A stretch of 64,000 nucleotides of DNA from an uncultured bacterium (GCA_965369655.1 CBDUQR010000001.1:220217-284216), one strand, 5' to 3'; counted from the first letter of the stretch, positions 10,565 to 21,455 are shown. Notes: generated from the letters alone by a model not told the origin. Numbers and translations: made by a program.

Positions 10565-11104
10565 ATGCTCAAACTTGATAATTCGTTTCTGCTGCTCGTC
10601 GATATGCAGGGCAAGCTCGCATCTCTGATGCACAAGCGCAAAGAACTGCTCGAAAGTCTGACGAAGCTGATACAGGGTGTGCGCATACTCGAAATGCCGA
10701 TCATCTGGATGGAACAGTATCCGAAGGGCTTGGGGGAGACCATCCCCGAAATCAAGTCGCTGCTCGATGGCCTGACCCCATTCGACAAGATCAGCTTCGG
10801 CTGCGGTAGCGATGAGAAGATCATGACGGCAATTCGCGCACTTGATCGCAAGCAGGCGATAGTGGCCGGTATCGAGACACATGTCTGCGTATATCAGAGT
10901 TGCAAGCAGTTGCTCGAAAAAGAATTCGATGTGACACTCGTCACTGACTGCACATCATCGAGGCACAAATACGACCGCAAGATCGCGATCAAGGCGCTCA
11001 GAGATGTTGGCGTCAAAATGTCGACAGTCGAGATGGTACTTTTTGAGCTGATGCACAAAGCGGGCGGCGACAAGTTCAAGCAAATATCGCAACTCGTGAA
11101 GTAG
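10565..11104 (+). CDS. Isochorismatase-family (YcaC-like) hydrolase
   Basis: LLLVDMQGKL, EQYPKGLG, K..F, GIETHVCVYQS motifs. ATG follows GGAGG. Confidence 0.9.
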   Translation: MLKLDNSFLLLVDMQGKLASLMHKRKELLESLTKLIQGVRILEMPIIWMEQYPKGLGETIPEIKSLLDGLTPFDKISFGCGSDEKIMTAIRALDRKQAIVAGIETHVCVYQSCKQLLEKEFDVTLVTDCTSSRHKYDRKIAIKALRDVGVKMSTVEMVLFELMHKAGGDKFKQISQLVK

Positions 11105-11112
11105 GCAATGCG

Positions 11113-11880
11113 ATGATACTCTGCATCGATATAGGCAACACCAATGTCGTCATGGGGCTGTTCCGTGACGATGAACTTATTGCGAACGCTCGCTTTGCGA
11201 CATCGAATCTGCGGACTGCGGACGAATGCGGCCTGCAGGCGTATCATCTTGTCCAGCGACATCACCCTGACAGCCGGGTCGAGGTTGACGGCGTGATCAT
11301 ATCGTCGGTGGTGCCGTTCCTGACTCCCCGGATGGCAGACATGAGCAGGCGCTATCTCGATCAGGAACCGATCATTGTGTCACCTGATCTCGATCTGGGG
11401 ATTGATCTCGTGGTCGAGAACCCTCGCGAGGTGGGAGCGGACAGGCTTGCTAATTCAGTCGCCGTGATGAAGCTATATGGCGAAACCTGTATCGTGATTG
11501 ACCTCGGGACTGCGACGACGTTTGACATCGTGACGAATCGCGGAGAATATCTCGGCGGAGTGATCGCACCGGGTATCGAGACGGCGTCATCAAATCTTGT
11601 GAAACGAGCCGCGCAGCTCTTTTCGGTTGAGATTGCTCCTCCGAAGAAAACAATCGGCCGGTCTACCGAGGAATGTATGAAGTCTGGCATATTCTGGGGA
11701 CAGGTCGAGATGATCAATGGTTTGATCGCGCGCATAGAGGAGGAGCTTCAGGAGGATTGCAGGGTTGTGTTCACCGGCGGTTACGGAAAGATATTTGCCG
11801 AGCATATAGATCGAGATGCGGTGTGCAATCCTGATCTCACATTGATCGGCCTCAAGATGATCTACGAAAGGCTCGCCTGA
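11113..11880 (+). CDS. coaX: Type III pantothenate kinase
   Basis: IDIGNTN, GADR, IDLGTATTFD, GGVIAPG motifs. Confidence 0.95.
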   Translation: MILCIDIGNTNVVMGLFRDDELIANARFATSNLRTADECGLQAYHLVQRHHPDSRVEVDGVIISSVVPFLTPRMADMSRRYLDQEPIIVSPDLDLGIDLVVENPREVGADRLANSVAVMKLYGETCIVIDLGTATTFDIVTNRGEYLGGVIAPGIETASSNLVKRAAQLFSVEIAPPKKTIGRSTEECMKSGIFWGQVEMINGLIARIEEELQEDCRVVFTGGYGKIFAEHIDRDAVCNPDLTLIGLKMIYERLA

Positions 11881-11918
11881 GGGCTATTTGTCGGCGAGAG
11901 AGCAATAGAGTAGATATG

Positions 11919-11952
11919 AAAAACCCCGCCGCATCTGCGACGGGGCTTTTTG
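11919..11952. terminator. Bidirectional intrinsic terminator
   Basis: AAAAACCCCGCCGC-atct-GCGACGGGGCTTTTTT between convergent genes. Confidence 0.75.
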
Positions 11953-11956
11953 ATTC

Positions 11957-12970
11957 TTAGAATCTTATCCCGAATGAAAACCTGTGCACTGATTCGAGAT
12001 GTCCGAAATCAGACCATGCGTAGTCGACCGCGAGATTGGCATCCTGGGCCGGACTGAGAAGCAACCCACCGCCAAGGGTCAGGCCTTCTTCCTCGTATCT
12101 GAATTTGTATCCGGCGCGAAGGGCGACCGTGCTGTTCCACGAATACTCGGTACCGAGTGACAATTGCTGCATATTGTCATTCGGATGCTTCCCTTCGGCG
12201 GTAACTGTCCAGGTAGACATGCTTGTCTGGAGCAGGTCATACGCCACTCCAAGCCTGAAGACGAGCGGAAGATCATAGCCTTCGGTTGCAAGGCTCGCAT
12301 TCACCGGATCGTAGTTGGTATTATCCTGATCGCGTTGGTATTTGAAATTGAGATTCGATCCTGAGAATTGCAGACTCGGTCCCATATTCGAGATATTGAC
12401 GCCCATTCTCAGGTTTCGATATCCGGTTGCGAATTTGGTACCGAAATCAAAGGCAATCGCGCTGCTTCGCGCTTCGGCGATCCGCTCGGCTACATACTTG
12501 ACATTGAGTCCGAACGCGAATCTGTCGGTCAGGCTCCTCGCATAGCCAGCGGCCAGCGAGTAACTCGATGCATCGAATGTGTTGCCGGTGCCGTTCGGTT
12601 CCCAGACCGTTGTCTCCTCCATTTCCCCGATACTCAGCAGGCTCATCGAGAATCCGATTGTTCCGCCGAAACCCATTGGCCTGGCGAAGGAGATGAAATT
12701 CAGACTGACATCTTCGATCCAGTTGACATTTGTAAAGGCGAATTCGGTCTGCTCCATATTGGCCATGCCTGCCGGATTCCAGTACATCGAATAGGCGTCA
12801 TCAACCATAGCGACCGATGCTTCACCCATTCCGATATATCTTGCGCCGACTCCGATCTTCAGGAACTGCGCTCCGGCTGTCCCGACCTTCGAGAATTCGC
12901 CGGAATAGCCTGTCGAGGCAAGCAGGACGAATATCAAGCACGCTGTTATTGCATATCGACATATTCTCAT
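11957..12970 (-). CDS. PorV/PorQ-family (UPF0164) outer-membrane beta-barrel
   Basis: GTAGAQFLKIGVGARYIGMGEA..YWNPAG N-terminus, LRAGY, DYA..FG..HRFS, terminal Phe. Confidence 0.85.
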   Translation of the reverse strand: MRICRYAITACLIFVLLASTGYSGEFSKVGTAGAQFLKIGVGARYIGMGEASVAMVDDAYSMYWNPAGMANMEQTEFAFTNVNWIEDVSLNFISFARPMGFGGTIGFSMSLLSIGEMEETTVWEPNGTGNTFDASSYSLAAGYARSLTDRFAFGLNVKYVAERIAEARSSAIAFDFGTKFATGYRNLRMGVNISNMGPSLQFSGSNLNFKYQRDQDNTNYDPVNASLATEGYDLPLVFRLGVAYDLLQTSMSTWTVTAEGKHPNDNMQQLSLGTEYSWNSTVALRAGYKFRYEEEGLTLGGGLLLSPAQDANLAVDYAWSDFGHLESVHRFSFGIRF

Positions 12971-12980
12971 TACGCCACCC

Positions 12981-15656
12981 TCACTTTATTACCGCAAACT
13001 TGCCAATTTTCGAACCGTACTCTGATTCCACAGCATAGAAATATATTCCGGGCGCAACTCCCTGGGCATTGAATGACATGATATCCCAGTACGCCGTCCC
13101 GTCATTGCCCGAGTGCTCGATTGTCTGCACCAAATCGCCTGCAAGTGTATAGATTCTGACTGTGCAGACATCCGGGAGATTCACGAATTCGAGTCGACGA
13201 TCGCCCTCGGTGCTTTCCCATGCCGCATTGACCAGGTAAGGATTCGGAACTACCTTGATGTTATCGAGCCCGGACTTGGCCGCGGCGAAATCGATACCCG
13301 GTCCCCGGAAGGTGAACACATCGTCAGGTCCGTTCAGTGGAGCTCCCTGAATTGTCAGGACGTCTCCAGATCCCCACCTGTCCATCCCAATTGTATCGAG
13401 ATAAAAGAACCAGGTGTGGAAATACGGATAGGCTTCGGGGTGAGGCTCGTCGTCGTACGGATAATCCACGACGACTATTGCATCTTTGCTCTCATCCTCG
13501 GGATCCCATGGTGTCCACTCGCCGTCGAATTTCCAGTCGACGATCTCCGCAATGACCTGTTCACCGGTGGTGACGTTCCATATCTCAAACGGAAGCGCAA
13601 CCGGAGTCACATCATCCCACCACCAGTAGCCTTCAGAGCCTGAAGTTGTGAAGCGAAGCTCGTAATCTGCTCTGTAATGTTTACCACCCGTTTGAGGCAA
13701 ACCGGCTGCATACACCATTGAGTAGACGATATCATTAGTTGTTCTGAGCGTTGTGTCACCCGCTATAGAAAACTCGGTCTGAGCCGTCACGGTCGTGTCG
13801 TTCTCCACATCAATGACAATCAGGCTGAAACCGTCGGTCACAGTGGCCGATTCGTCATCTTCTTCAATCTGAACGAATTGATTCGCCAGCAGAGTATCGC
13901 CGGTTGACGCATTCAGCAGATGCCAGTATGTAGCGTAATCGTCATCGCTGAATCTCACTTCGTACTCGTTACCCGTCATCTGGGAGGCATCGTATTCCGT
14001 AACAATGATACGGCCATCGCTCAGCCTGCCCTGATTCTCTGCCGTGTGAGAAATGGTTTTCTCAATCGGGTAGTATCCTGCAGGTAGTGACCTGGGTCGC
14101 ACCTCGATAGCGTTCGAATCGGACCCCGGCGTACCGATCGCGCATGCGAGCGAAGATATATTTTCGTCACCCTCATCGTATGCCACTATCGAGTACCAGT
14201 AGTCGAAGCCATTAGTGGCGGTTGTGTCGATGAATGTGTGCGCGATCATATCGCTTATGTCGAGCTTTTCGAATTTCGTTATGGGGACATATCCCGGCCC
14301 GATGCTTCCGTCTTCGTTCCTGATCTTCTTTCCCCATGTAAGTCCGTAATCGGTTGATCTGTAGAGTCTGTATCCGGCAAAATCGAACTCGCCTGTCGAT
14401 GGGTCGATCGAGTATTCCGATGAGTTGTCCCACCAGAGCTTAGCTTTGTCGTCGCCCGCTTTCACATGGAGTTTCGGTTGACTCGGCGGCTCGGGACCGA
14501 CGAAGTAGTTATCGTAGATCATCTGAGCAACATCTGCGTTGCTCTTGAGTTGCACAGAGTCCTGGCCTGCAATCAGGGCATATACCACTCTGACCGTCTT
14601 GCCTGCCTGAAGGTCAATCCCTCGTGTGCATTGAATATAGTACTGGTCGTTCGGCGGAAGACTCTCATCGAATTGATCGCTGTTGATCAACTCAAATCGC
14701 TCCTGATCCGTGTATCTGCTCACCCATTCGCCGGTACGGAACGAGGTCATTCCGATGCCGTCGGGCGTCTCGATATACTTGGTTCCCATGACGCCGGTCT
14801 CAACATCGCGTCCCCATCCCGGATCGTACGCGTCCTCATCATATGTCCAGGCGAGATTCCTCTCCTCGTCGAAAGCAACCAAATCGCCTAATCTACCGTT
14901 TTCCCCCTGACCATCAGGACCACCAATATCGAAATCGCAATAGAGGCCGAAGGCGAAATCCGAGTAATCCTGCTCGCTTGCATTTGTTATCTGCAGTACG
15001 ATGAACAGGTAATCCTCATTGTAGCTGAAATTCCACTGATAGACTGTGTGAGTTATTTCGATCCCGAGTTGACTTGTCCCCAGAGCGTCATCGCTCATTC
15101 TAAAATGGCTTTCCTGCTGAGCAATCGGACCGCCATCATAATATTCTTCCTCGATTGGATCCCAGATACTGTTATATCTCCACAGATCGAGTTCAGGATC
15201 ATAAATACGCCACCCATAAGACGGTCGACCACGTCCGAGGCCTGCAGTGTCGGACATATCATAGTCATATGTCGTATTGATAGTCGACATCCTGATGCCA
15301 TAAGTATTAATGTTGGAGACAAGAGAGGGGATCGGCATGAGATCTTCCTCTGAATTGACGACGACTGTATCGCCGTCCTCGGTGACAGCGCCCATCCAGT
15401 ATTTGATCTCAGCCAGGTATTCGCGTCCGGAGTTTTTCGGCCATTCTCCGGATGGTTGGAAAATTGAGTATCCGCCGATTTCGCCCCAGTTTGCGACAGT
15501 GACGCGGATATTTCCCTTGTCATGCACAACGTTGTCCCGGAACTGGGCCGGAGGCAACATAGACGAAAGTAAGGCGGCATACGATGCCGCAAGCGGCATC
15601 ATGGCGAATACGGCCACCATCGCCAGAACCGTGATTTTAACTGCTATTCTTGACAT
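12981..15656 (-). CDS. Secreted protein with FN3-like domain and T9SS-like C-terminal domain
   Basis: Signal peptide, FAGYRLYRS..YWYSIVAYD, C-terminus IKVVPNPY..FVNLP..RIYTLAGDLV..GIYFY..GKFAVIK. Confidence 0.75.
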   Translation of the reverse strand: MSRIAVKITVLAMVAVFAMMPLAASYAALLSSMLPPAQFRDNVVHDKGNIRVTVANWGEIGGYSIFQPSGEWPKNSGREYLAEIKYWMGAVTEDGDTVVVNSEEDLMPIPSLVSNINTYGIRMSTINTTYDYDMSDTAGLGRGRPSYGWRIYDPELDLWRYNSIWDPIEEEYYDGGPIAQQESHFRMSDDALGTSQLGIEITHTVYQWNFSYNEDYLFIVLQITNASEQDYSDFAFGLYCDFDIGGPDGQGENGRLGDLVAFDEERNLAWTYDEDAYDPGWGRDVETGVMGTKYIETPDGIGMTSFRTGEWVSRYTDQERFELINSDQFDESLPPNDQYYIQCTRGIDLQAGKTVRVVYALIAGQDSVQLKSNADVAQMIYDNYFVGPEPPSQPKLHVKAGDDKAKLWWDNSSEYSIDPSTGEFDFAGYRLYRSTDYGLTWGKKIRNEDGSIGPGYVPITKFEKLDISDMIAHTFIDTTATNGFDYWYSIVAYDEGDENISSLACAIGTPGSDSNAIEVRPRSLPAGYYPIEKTISHTAENQGRLSDGRIIVTEYDASQMTGNEYEVRFSDDDYATYWHLLNASTGDTLLANQFVQIEEDDESATVTDGFSLIVIDVENDTTVTAQTEFSIAGDTTLRTTNDIVYSMVYAAGLPQTGGKHYRADYELRFTTSGSEGYWWWDDVTPVALPFEIWNVTTGEQVIAEIVDWKFDGEWTPWDPEDESKDAIVVVDYPYDDEPHPEAYPYFHTWFFYLDTIGMDRWGSGDVLTIQGAPLNGPDDVFTFRGPGIDFAAAKSGLDNIKVVPNPYLVNAAWESTEGDRRLEFVNLPDVCTVRIYTLAGDLVQTIEHSGNDGTAYWDIMSFNAQGVAPGIYFYAVESEYGSKIGKFAVIK

Positions 15657-15678
15657 ATATCGCACTCCACACAACTGG

Positions 15679-18354
15679 TTAGAATATCAACTCTATACCC
15701 CATCGAATTTGTCTCGGCGTGTCGAAATTCTGGGGGTCTCTTGCCAGCAACCGCCTGACGTCGTTCATATCATCCGAGGTCAACGGTCCCGCACCATCCG
15801 GATCGTAAGCCAGCAGCGGGTCCCATCCGTCATCATCCGGCTGACCCGTGTTCGAATAGACATTTATTACATTCCGGCTATCGAAAAGGTTTTCGACTTC
15901 GAGGAAAACCGATACAAACGAGTTGCTCGTCTTTCCGAGATAAAAATCCTTGTTCAGCTTCAGGCTGACAGTATTTGTCGACGGCATACGTCCCTCGTTG
16001 AGCAGGCCGATCCTGTTGCCCTGGTTATCTGTTTTCGTGTATGGCATTCCGCTGCCGTAACTGAACAACACATTCAGACCGGTTGTACTCGGAAGTCTCA
16101 CGCCGAACAGCCTCGCCTTGAAATCTTTCGGGGTGCGGTAGTCAAAATTGACAGAGAGCGTATGTCTCTGATCGAATGCCAGCGGATACTCTCGAACCGG
16201 GACTACCGGCGAGTTCTCTTCGGTGTAATAATCGTAATAACCTTCATATGGATAGGAGGCGTTGCCGCGAGCAATCATGAACCCGTAGTTTATCGATCCA
16301 GCGAAGTTGTTGGACCTTCTCTTCGTCAGGACAACATCCAGCCCCTTGACGGAGCCGTAATCTGCGTTGTCATAGGCGACATACGTTCCACCCGGATAGC
16401 GAACGAGCTGAGTGGTCGTCAGATCGGAGATGTCTCTGTAATATGTGACCAGCCTGAGCATGGTGTTCTGATCCAGCAAATGGTTGACGCCGAGTTCGTA
16501 GCCGACGGTCTTCTCCGGCTCCAGATTCGGGTTACCGACAAGCGGGAAACCGGAGTTCAGCTCAGCCTGCAGATTCGTGTACATGTACGAATAGAGAGGC
16601 ACCTGAAAGTAGAGCCCATAGTTGAAGTGAATCACCGTATGCTCTGATATCGGGTGCGACATACCGAGCCTGGGTGATACCTGGAATTTCGGATCTGCGG
16701 TCAGCCAGTTGTCTTTCTTAACCGGGTTTTCCCAGTATCCGATGGCTGCGTCGAGGTAATCGAGTCTCAGGCCGGCGTTTATCACCATCTCCTGCAGTTC
16801 GATCTTGTCCTGGACATATGCCGCCGCGTATCTCGGCTCGACATTGTATTTCTCTCCGTACGGGATCGAATTGAAGAACTGCTTGCTGTCCCAGTTCAGC
16901 TTGTTGAACCTGTACTCTGCGCCGATTTTCACCTGATGGTGTTTGTCGACCTGCATGAGCATGTCTCCCGACAGGCTTTTGTACGAGTTGTATCTATTGG
17001 AGTAGACCGGGTAGAAATCGCTCCCTTCGGTGAATCCGGAATAGAAATAGGTCTCGCTCGCCAGATAGTTATTGTCGTCGATATCACCGTCGTAAATCCC
17101 GTCTGTTTCCTTGTATCCGGGCCACTCCGACCAGTAGAGGTCGAAGAGATGTTCCGGCGCGAGCTTTGTCCAACTCTCGAAATGGTTCAGCCTTGCATTC
17201 AGGACCATGTTCGCTTTCGGCGTCAGCGTAAGGCGGAGGCCGAAACGGGATGATTCCGTCTTAACGAGTCCCAAGCCATCGAGATTGAAATCGTATGAGC
17301 GTCCGTTGACGTCCCTGTGGACGTACCGGTGTCTTTTCGCCTTGTAGTAATTGCCGAACAGGTTGATCTTCATATTCGGTATGGGTTGGAAGGCTACCTT
17401 GCCCACCTGTGAGATTGATCTCAGGTCATTGTGCGGAAGATATCCCTCGATCTCTCTGATCTCTGTGGAACTGAAAAATGTCGCCTTGTAACGATCATAC
17501 ATATATGGTACAGGACCACCGATATTACCAATTCCGCTGTTGCGGCCAATTCGTTTCAGGTCATCGAATTCGCCCGTGTTGACGTCATAGGTTTTTGTCA
17601 GACCGTCGTAGAGTCTGAGTTTACCGTGGTACTTATTGGATCCCTCCTGTGTCATCGCGCTGATAACGCCGGAGAGAGCTTCGCCGTACTCAGCCGAAAA
17701 GCCACCCGGAACAATATCGATTTCTTCGAGCGCATCGGGCGCAATACGGGTTCCGGCATTGCCATAGAATGGATCCTGGACCGGGATACCATCAAAATAG
17801 TAACTGTTTGTGCCGTCTCTACCTCCGCGAACATGCAGGAAGCCGTTGGCGTCGGTAACTGTGCCGGCCGTGATGTTCACAATGTTATCGATTGAGAGAG
17901 CGTTTGGAAGGTGTCTCAACTCATCCCTGGTGATAACATTGACAGAGGCTGTCCGATCTTTTCTCAGGAGCGGTTTCTCAGCAAGGACTCTGACAACTTC
18001 ATCAGTCTGGATCGTCGTTGGATCCAGATCGAAGCTGATCGGTGTTGTCAGGTCGAGAAGAACTCTGACCTCATGCATGGCGAGAGATTTGTGACCGAGA
18101 GATTGTGCCACAAGAGTGTACATTCCTACCGGCACATTGATGAAGTAGTACTCTCCGTCGGCGTCTGTGACGCAGGTAATCTCGAATTCCTCGATAGTAA
18201 CGGTTGCGCCCGCGAGAGGTTCGCCGGTGTCCGCGTTGTAGATTGTTCCCGCTATTTTACCTGCCGTGCCGGCTAACACGAAACATGGTATCAACAACGC
18301 TGCGAGCGCAATCATGAGAACCGACAGCTTGTATCCATTTCTTATAAGTTTCAT
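15679..18354 (-). CDS. TonB-dependent receptor with N-terminal carboxypeptidase-regulatory-like domain
   Basis: GKIAGTI..TGEPLAGA, plug HVRGGR..GGFSAEYG, GNPNLEPEKT, C-terminal PRQIRWGIELIF. Confidence 0.9.
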   Translation of the reverse strand: MKLIRNGYKLSVLMIALAALLIPCFVLAGTAGKIAGTIYNADTGEPLAGATVTIEEFEITCVTDADGEYYFINVPVGMYTLVAQSLGHKSLAMHEVRVLLDLTTPISFDLDPTTIQTDEVVRVLAEKPLLRKDRTASVNVITRDELRHLPNALSIDNIVNITAGTVTDANGFLHVRGGRDGTNSYYFDGIPVQDPFYGNAGTRIAPDALEEIDIVPGGFSAEYGEALSGVISAMTQEGSNKYHGKLRLYDGLTKTYDVNTGEFDDLKRIGRNSGIGNIGGPVPYMYDRYKATFFSSTEIREIEGYLPHNDLRSISQVGKVAFQPIPNMKINLFGNYYKAKRHRYVHRDVNGRSYDFNLDGLGLVKTESSRFGLRLTLTPKANMVLNARLNHFESWTKLAPEHLFDLYWSEWPGYKETDGIYDGDIDDNNYLASETYFYSGFTEGSDFYPVYSNRYNSYKSLSGDMLMQVDKHHQVKIGAEYRFNKLNWDSKQFFNSIPYGEKYNVEPRYAAAYVQDKIELQEMVINAGLRLDYLDAAIGYWENPVKKDNWLTADPKFQVSPRLGMSHPISEHTVIHFNYGLYFQVPLYSYMYTNLQAELNSGFPLVGNPNLEPEKTVGYELGVNHLLDQNTMLRLVTYYRDISDLTTTQLVRYPGGTYVAYDNADYGSVKGLDVVLTKRRSNNFAGSINYGFMIARGNASYPYEGYYDYYTEENSPVVPVREYPLAFDQRHTLSVNFDYRTPKDFKARLFGVRLPSTTGLNVLFSYGSGMPYTKTDNQGNRIGLLNEGRMPSTNTVSLKLNKDFYLGKTSNSFVSVFLEVENLFDSRNVINVYSNTGQPDDDGWDPLLAYDPDGAGPLTSDDMNDVRRLLARDPQNFDTPRQIRWGIELIF

Positions 18355-18484
18355 GGCATATTCCTCGCCCTTTCACGTGACTGTATGTCTCTTAGAACCT
18401 TCCTTTAGCAATTGACGAAGATCCTCATATGTGAATTCCCTAGTTTGCTGAACTGAATCATGAGATAGTCTCTTTCTGCAACAA

Positions 18485-18511
18485 TTATCGACAGGAGCAT
18501 CCCAGACTTTA
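18485..18511 (-). promoter_or_regulatory. Sigma28 (FliA/WhiG)-type promoter for the TBDR operon
   Basis: Minus strand TAAA-N15-GTCGATAA. A second, weaker TAAT-N15-GCCGATCA lies at 18622-18648. Confidence 0.6.
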
Positions 18512-18669
18512 GAGGGCATTTGTCGATCTAATGGAAACGGACTCATTCAGATCGACTTTCTGTCAGGATTAAGCCGAACCACAGACAAATCATATTGATA
18601 TTGACTCTGCATCACTATCTATGATCGGCAGAACTGATCATTCTATTAGCAGGTGAAGAGTCCTTTTAT

Positions 18670-18696
18670 TCAAGCTGGTACACAAAACGCCGATAA
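18670..18696 (+). promoter_or_regulatory. Sigma28-type promoter for the SBP-kinase operon
   Basis: TCAA-N15-GCCGATAA. Confidence 0.6.
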
Positions 18697-18813
18697 TCAC
18701 TGGAAGGAGAGGTGCATGCCGCTCAGGTGTTTGCGGATGTGCTTTCCAACAGATTAGGTAACGCTCGGTAATTTGGGAACATCGGGACATTGCATAGAAC
18801 TACCATTCTAAAG

Positions 18814-19767
18814 ATGCGAGCGGTATTCATCGTGCTGTTATGCACCATTGCCGCAGCGTCCACGCTATTTGAGTCGACAGGCTACGCCGACAGTTCCAGC
18901 GTGATCATCATCTCCGATGATCAGCAGAAATCCACACAGAGATCTATCAAGGGAGTAAGGCAGACGCTCGAAAGAAGCGGCCTTCCGGTCAGAATCGAGT
19001 ATTTCGTTGCTGTCCCTGGCGGTGACAACGAGGCCTCCCTGTCGGAGATGGTTCGACAATCAGAGCCCAGAGTGCTCGTGACCATCGGGTCACGCTGCAC
19101 CAAACTTGCCATGTCTATCGAATCGGGAGTTCCCGTCGTATTTGCATCGGTGCTCAACCCTGTGACGAGCGGGCTTGTGCAGAGCTACGATAAACCGGGC
19201 GATAAAGTGACCGGAGCATCACTGGACATAGACCTTGGAATGCAGATCGAAAGATTCAGAGAGCTCGTTCCATCGACAAAGAAACTCGGCATTTTCTACA
19301 GCGACAGAACGAAATACATTATTGAACAAGCTCGTGATCTCGCGCTCGACCGATCTGTGCAGATTATCGGTTACGAAATTTCATCACAGAAGGACGTGCC
19401 CAGGGGGATCGATTCGCTGACAAGATCGTGCGACGGGATTCTCGCAATACCTGATGAACTGATATACACTCCTCAGTCAACCAGGTTTATTCTGCTCGAA
19501 TCATTCCGAAGTAAAGTCCCAGTGATGGGTTTCTCCCCATCATTCGTCAAATCGGGTGCGCTGTTCGCGCTTATTGTAGACCACAAATTCGTTGGCGTTC
19601 AGGCCGGTCTTCTAGTAGTGAAAGTGTTGAAGGGAATACCTGCCGGTCTGCTTGCAGTGACGACACCCGAAGCCCCCTACCTCTACATCAACAGGAACAC
19701 TGCCGAGAAGATGCGCCTGGACATTCCGTCAGAATACTATAGTGTCGCCAAGGAGGTGTACGAATGA
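18814..19767 (+). CDS. ABC-type substrate-binding protein (ABC_sub_bind family), no cognate permease
   Basis: PVVFASVLNPV..KPG..VTG, LVP..KKLGIFYS, VKSGAL, YINRNTAEKM. Stop overlaps the kinase start (ATGA). Confidence 0.8.
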   Translation: MRAVFIVLLCTIAAASTLFESTGYADSSSVIIISDDQQKSTQRSIKGVRQTLERSGLPVRIEYFVAVPGGDNEASLSEMVRQSEPRVLVTIGSRCTKLAMSIESGVPVVFASVLNPVTSGLVQSYDKPGDKVTGASLDIDLGMQIERFRELVPSTKKLGIFYSDRTKYIIEQARDLALDRSVQIIGYEISSQKDVPRGIDSLTRSCDGILAIPDELIYTPQSTRFILLESFRSKVPVMGFSPSFVKSGALFALIVDHKFVGVQAGLLVVKVLKGIPAGLLAVTTPEAPYLYINRNTAEKMRLDIPSEYYSVAKEVYE

Positions 19768-21455
19768 GACGACGCGTGTCATTCACAAGCCTCCGCTTCA
19801 GGGCGATGATTACTATCTCGGGGCTGATCATTCTCACATCGGCAGTTGTCGGAGCCTTCCTGTTCAGTCAGATGAAGAACGAGATGAAACAGGAACTTCT
19901 CAATTGGGGTGAGACGACTGTCAGGCAGATAGCAAATAGTTGTGAGTATGGCGTACTGACAGAGAACTCTGCAGAACTAAACAGCATTCTCGAAGGACTG
20001 ACAGTTCAGAATGTTTTCGTATATGCAGCAGTACAGGACAGTGCGGGCGAGATTCTCGCGCAATTCAATCTATTAGGATTAGGTGCTGTGGATCTTGTAA
20101 CATGGATTGCAAAGCGTGATTTCTCGAAGGAATATCAGTTGGATACCACGCACATTAGCTACTGGAGTATTCCGGAAGATGAAATTGACATTGCTGATTT
20201 CAGCTTCCCGGTCCGTACTGCGACATTTGATATAGCTCTCGAAGATCTCGGTGTTACAGTCGTCGAGAGTGACACATATGACGTGACGTATGAAAAGATC
20301 GGTTTGATCAGGATCGGCTTCTCGCTCAAGGAGATGAACAGCCGCATCTATGCCGCCGCAAGACTTATCTCGATAATCATACTGCTCGTTGCGGCTGCAG
20401 TCATCGCGCTGACAGCCGTTCTGGTCAACGTGATCATCAAACCCATCGACAGACTGGCGGGAGCAGTCGAGCGAATATCCAAAGGAGATCTGTCACAGTC
20501 GGTAGAGGAGAGTTCCATTGACGAACTCAGAAAACTAGCTAAAGCATTCAATGTGATGGTGAAATCTCTGAGGGAATCTCGAGATGAGATCGAGATGTAT
20601 AATCGCACCCTTGAATTGAAAATCACCGAGCGCACGAGAGAACTGGAAGAGGCTCAGACGCAGCTTGTCCAGTCTGAAAAGATGAGCGCGATAGGTCAAC
20701 TCGCGGCAGGCGTAGCACATGAGTTGAACAATCCTATGGGAGGAATACTTGGCTACGCCCAGTTCGCACTCGAAAAAATGTCGATGGCTATTCCTGAAAA
20801 TCTGACCGAGAAGGATATCAAGTCTCAAGTCAAGTATCTGACGGATATCGAGCAGCAGGCGCGTCGATGCCGAGGAATAATAAGGAATCTTCTGAAGTTC
20901 TCCAGGTCGTCCGACAAGAAGGAATGGGAAGAGTTTGACTTCAATGTGATGTTGCTCGATACCATATCTCTGATACAACATCAGTTCGACCTCAGCAACA
21001 TCGAGTTGGAAAAGGACTTTTCAGATGATCTGCTATTGTATTATGGCAATACGAGCCAGTTGCAGCAGGTGTTCACGAACCTGTTGCTGAACGCTCAGCA
21101 CGCGGTGCTTGATGGGGGCAGGATCACTCTAACAACACAGTTGTTGCCGAGTCTGGGTGAGTTCTCCGGATGTGTCGAAGTGGTTGTCGAAGATAGCGGC
21201 AATGGCATTGAAGCTGAGAATTTGAACAGGGTCTTTGAGCCATTCTTTACGACTAAGGAAAGCGGCAAAGGCACCGGACTCGGACTATCCGTCAGCTTCG
21301 GAATTGTGAAGGAGCATGGGGGCGATATAACGGTAAGCAGCGAAGTCGGTGTGGGGACGCGTTTTACTGTCATATTGCCGCTTGACAACACCTCCACAGG
21401 ATCGACCGGCAAGATAAGTCAGGTTTTGAGCGGAAAGGTTCAATCCGAGCAATGA
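19764..21455 (+). CDS. Membrane sensor histidine kinase (HAMP, NtrB-like)
   Basis: Two TM segments, HAMP, GQLAAGVAHELNNP, QVFTNLLLNA, FEPFFTTK..GTGLGL. Confidence 0.92.
   Translation: MRRRVSFTSLRFRAMITISGLIILTSAVVGAFLFSQMKNEMKQELLNWGETTVRQIANSCEYGVLTENSAELNSILEGLTVQNVFVYAAVQDSAGEILAQFNLLGLGAVDLVTWIAKRDFSKEYQLDTTHISYWSIPEDEIDIADFSFPVRTATFDIALEDLGVTVVESDTYDVTYEKIGLIRIGFSLKEMNSRIYAAARLISIIILLVAAAVIALTAVLVNVIIKPIDRLAGAVERISKGDLSQSVEESSIDELRKLAKAFNVMVKSLRESRDEIEMYNRTLELKITERTRELEEAQTQLVQSEKMSAIGQLAAGVAHELNNPMGGILGYAQFALEKMSMAIPENLTEKDIKSQVKYLTDIEQQARRCRGIIRNLLKFSRSSDKKEWEEFDFNVMLLDTISLIQHQFDLSNIELEKDFSDDLLLYYGNTSQLQQVFTNLLLNAQHAVLDGGRITLTTQLLPSLGEFSGCVEVVVEDSGNGIEAENLNRVFEPFFTTKESGKGTGLGLSVSFGIVKEHGGDITVSSEVGVGTRFTVILPLDNTSTGSTGKISQVLSGKVQSEQ

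Noticed and set aside
15310-16647. 445-aa plus-strand ORF
   Set aside because: Antisense shadow of the TBDR and CTD-protein genes, with no recognisable motifs.
18676-18690. Sigma54-like TGGTAC-N5-ACGC
   Set aside because: Weak -12 element. The same bases are better explained as the spacer of a near-consensus sigma28 promoter.
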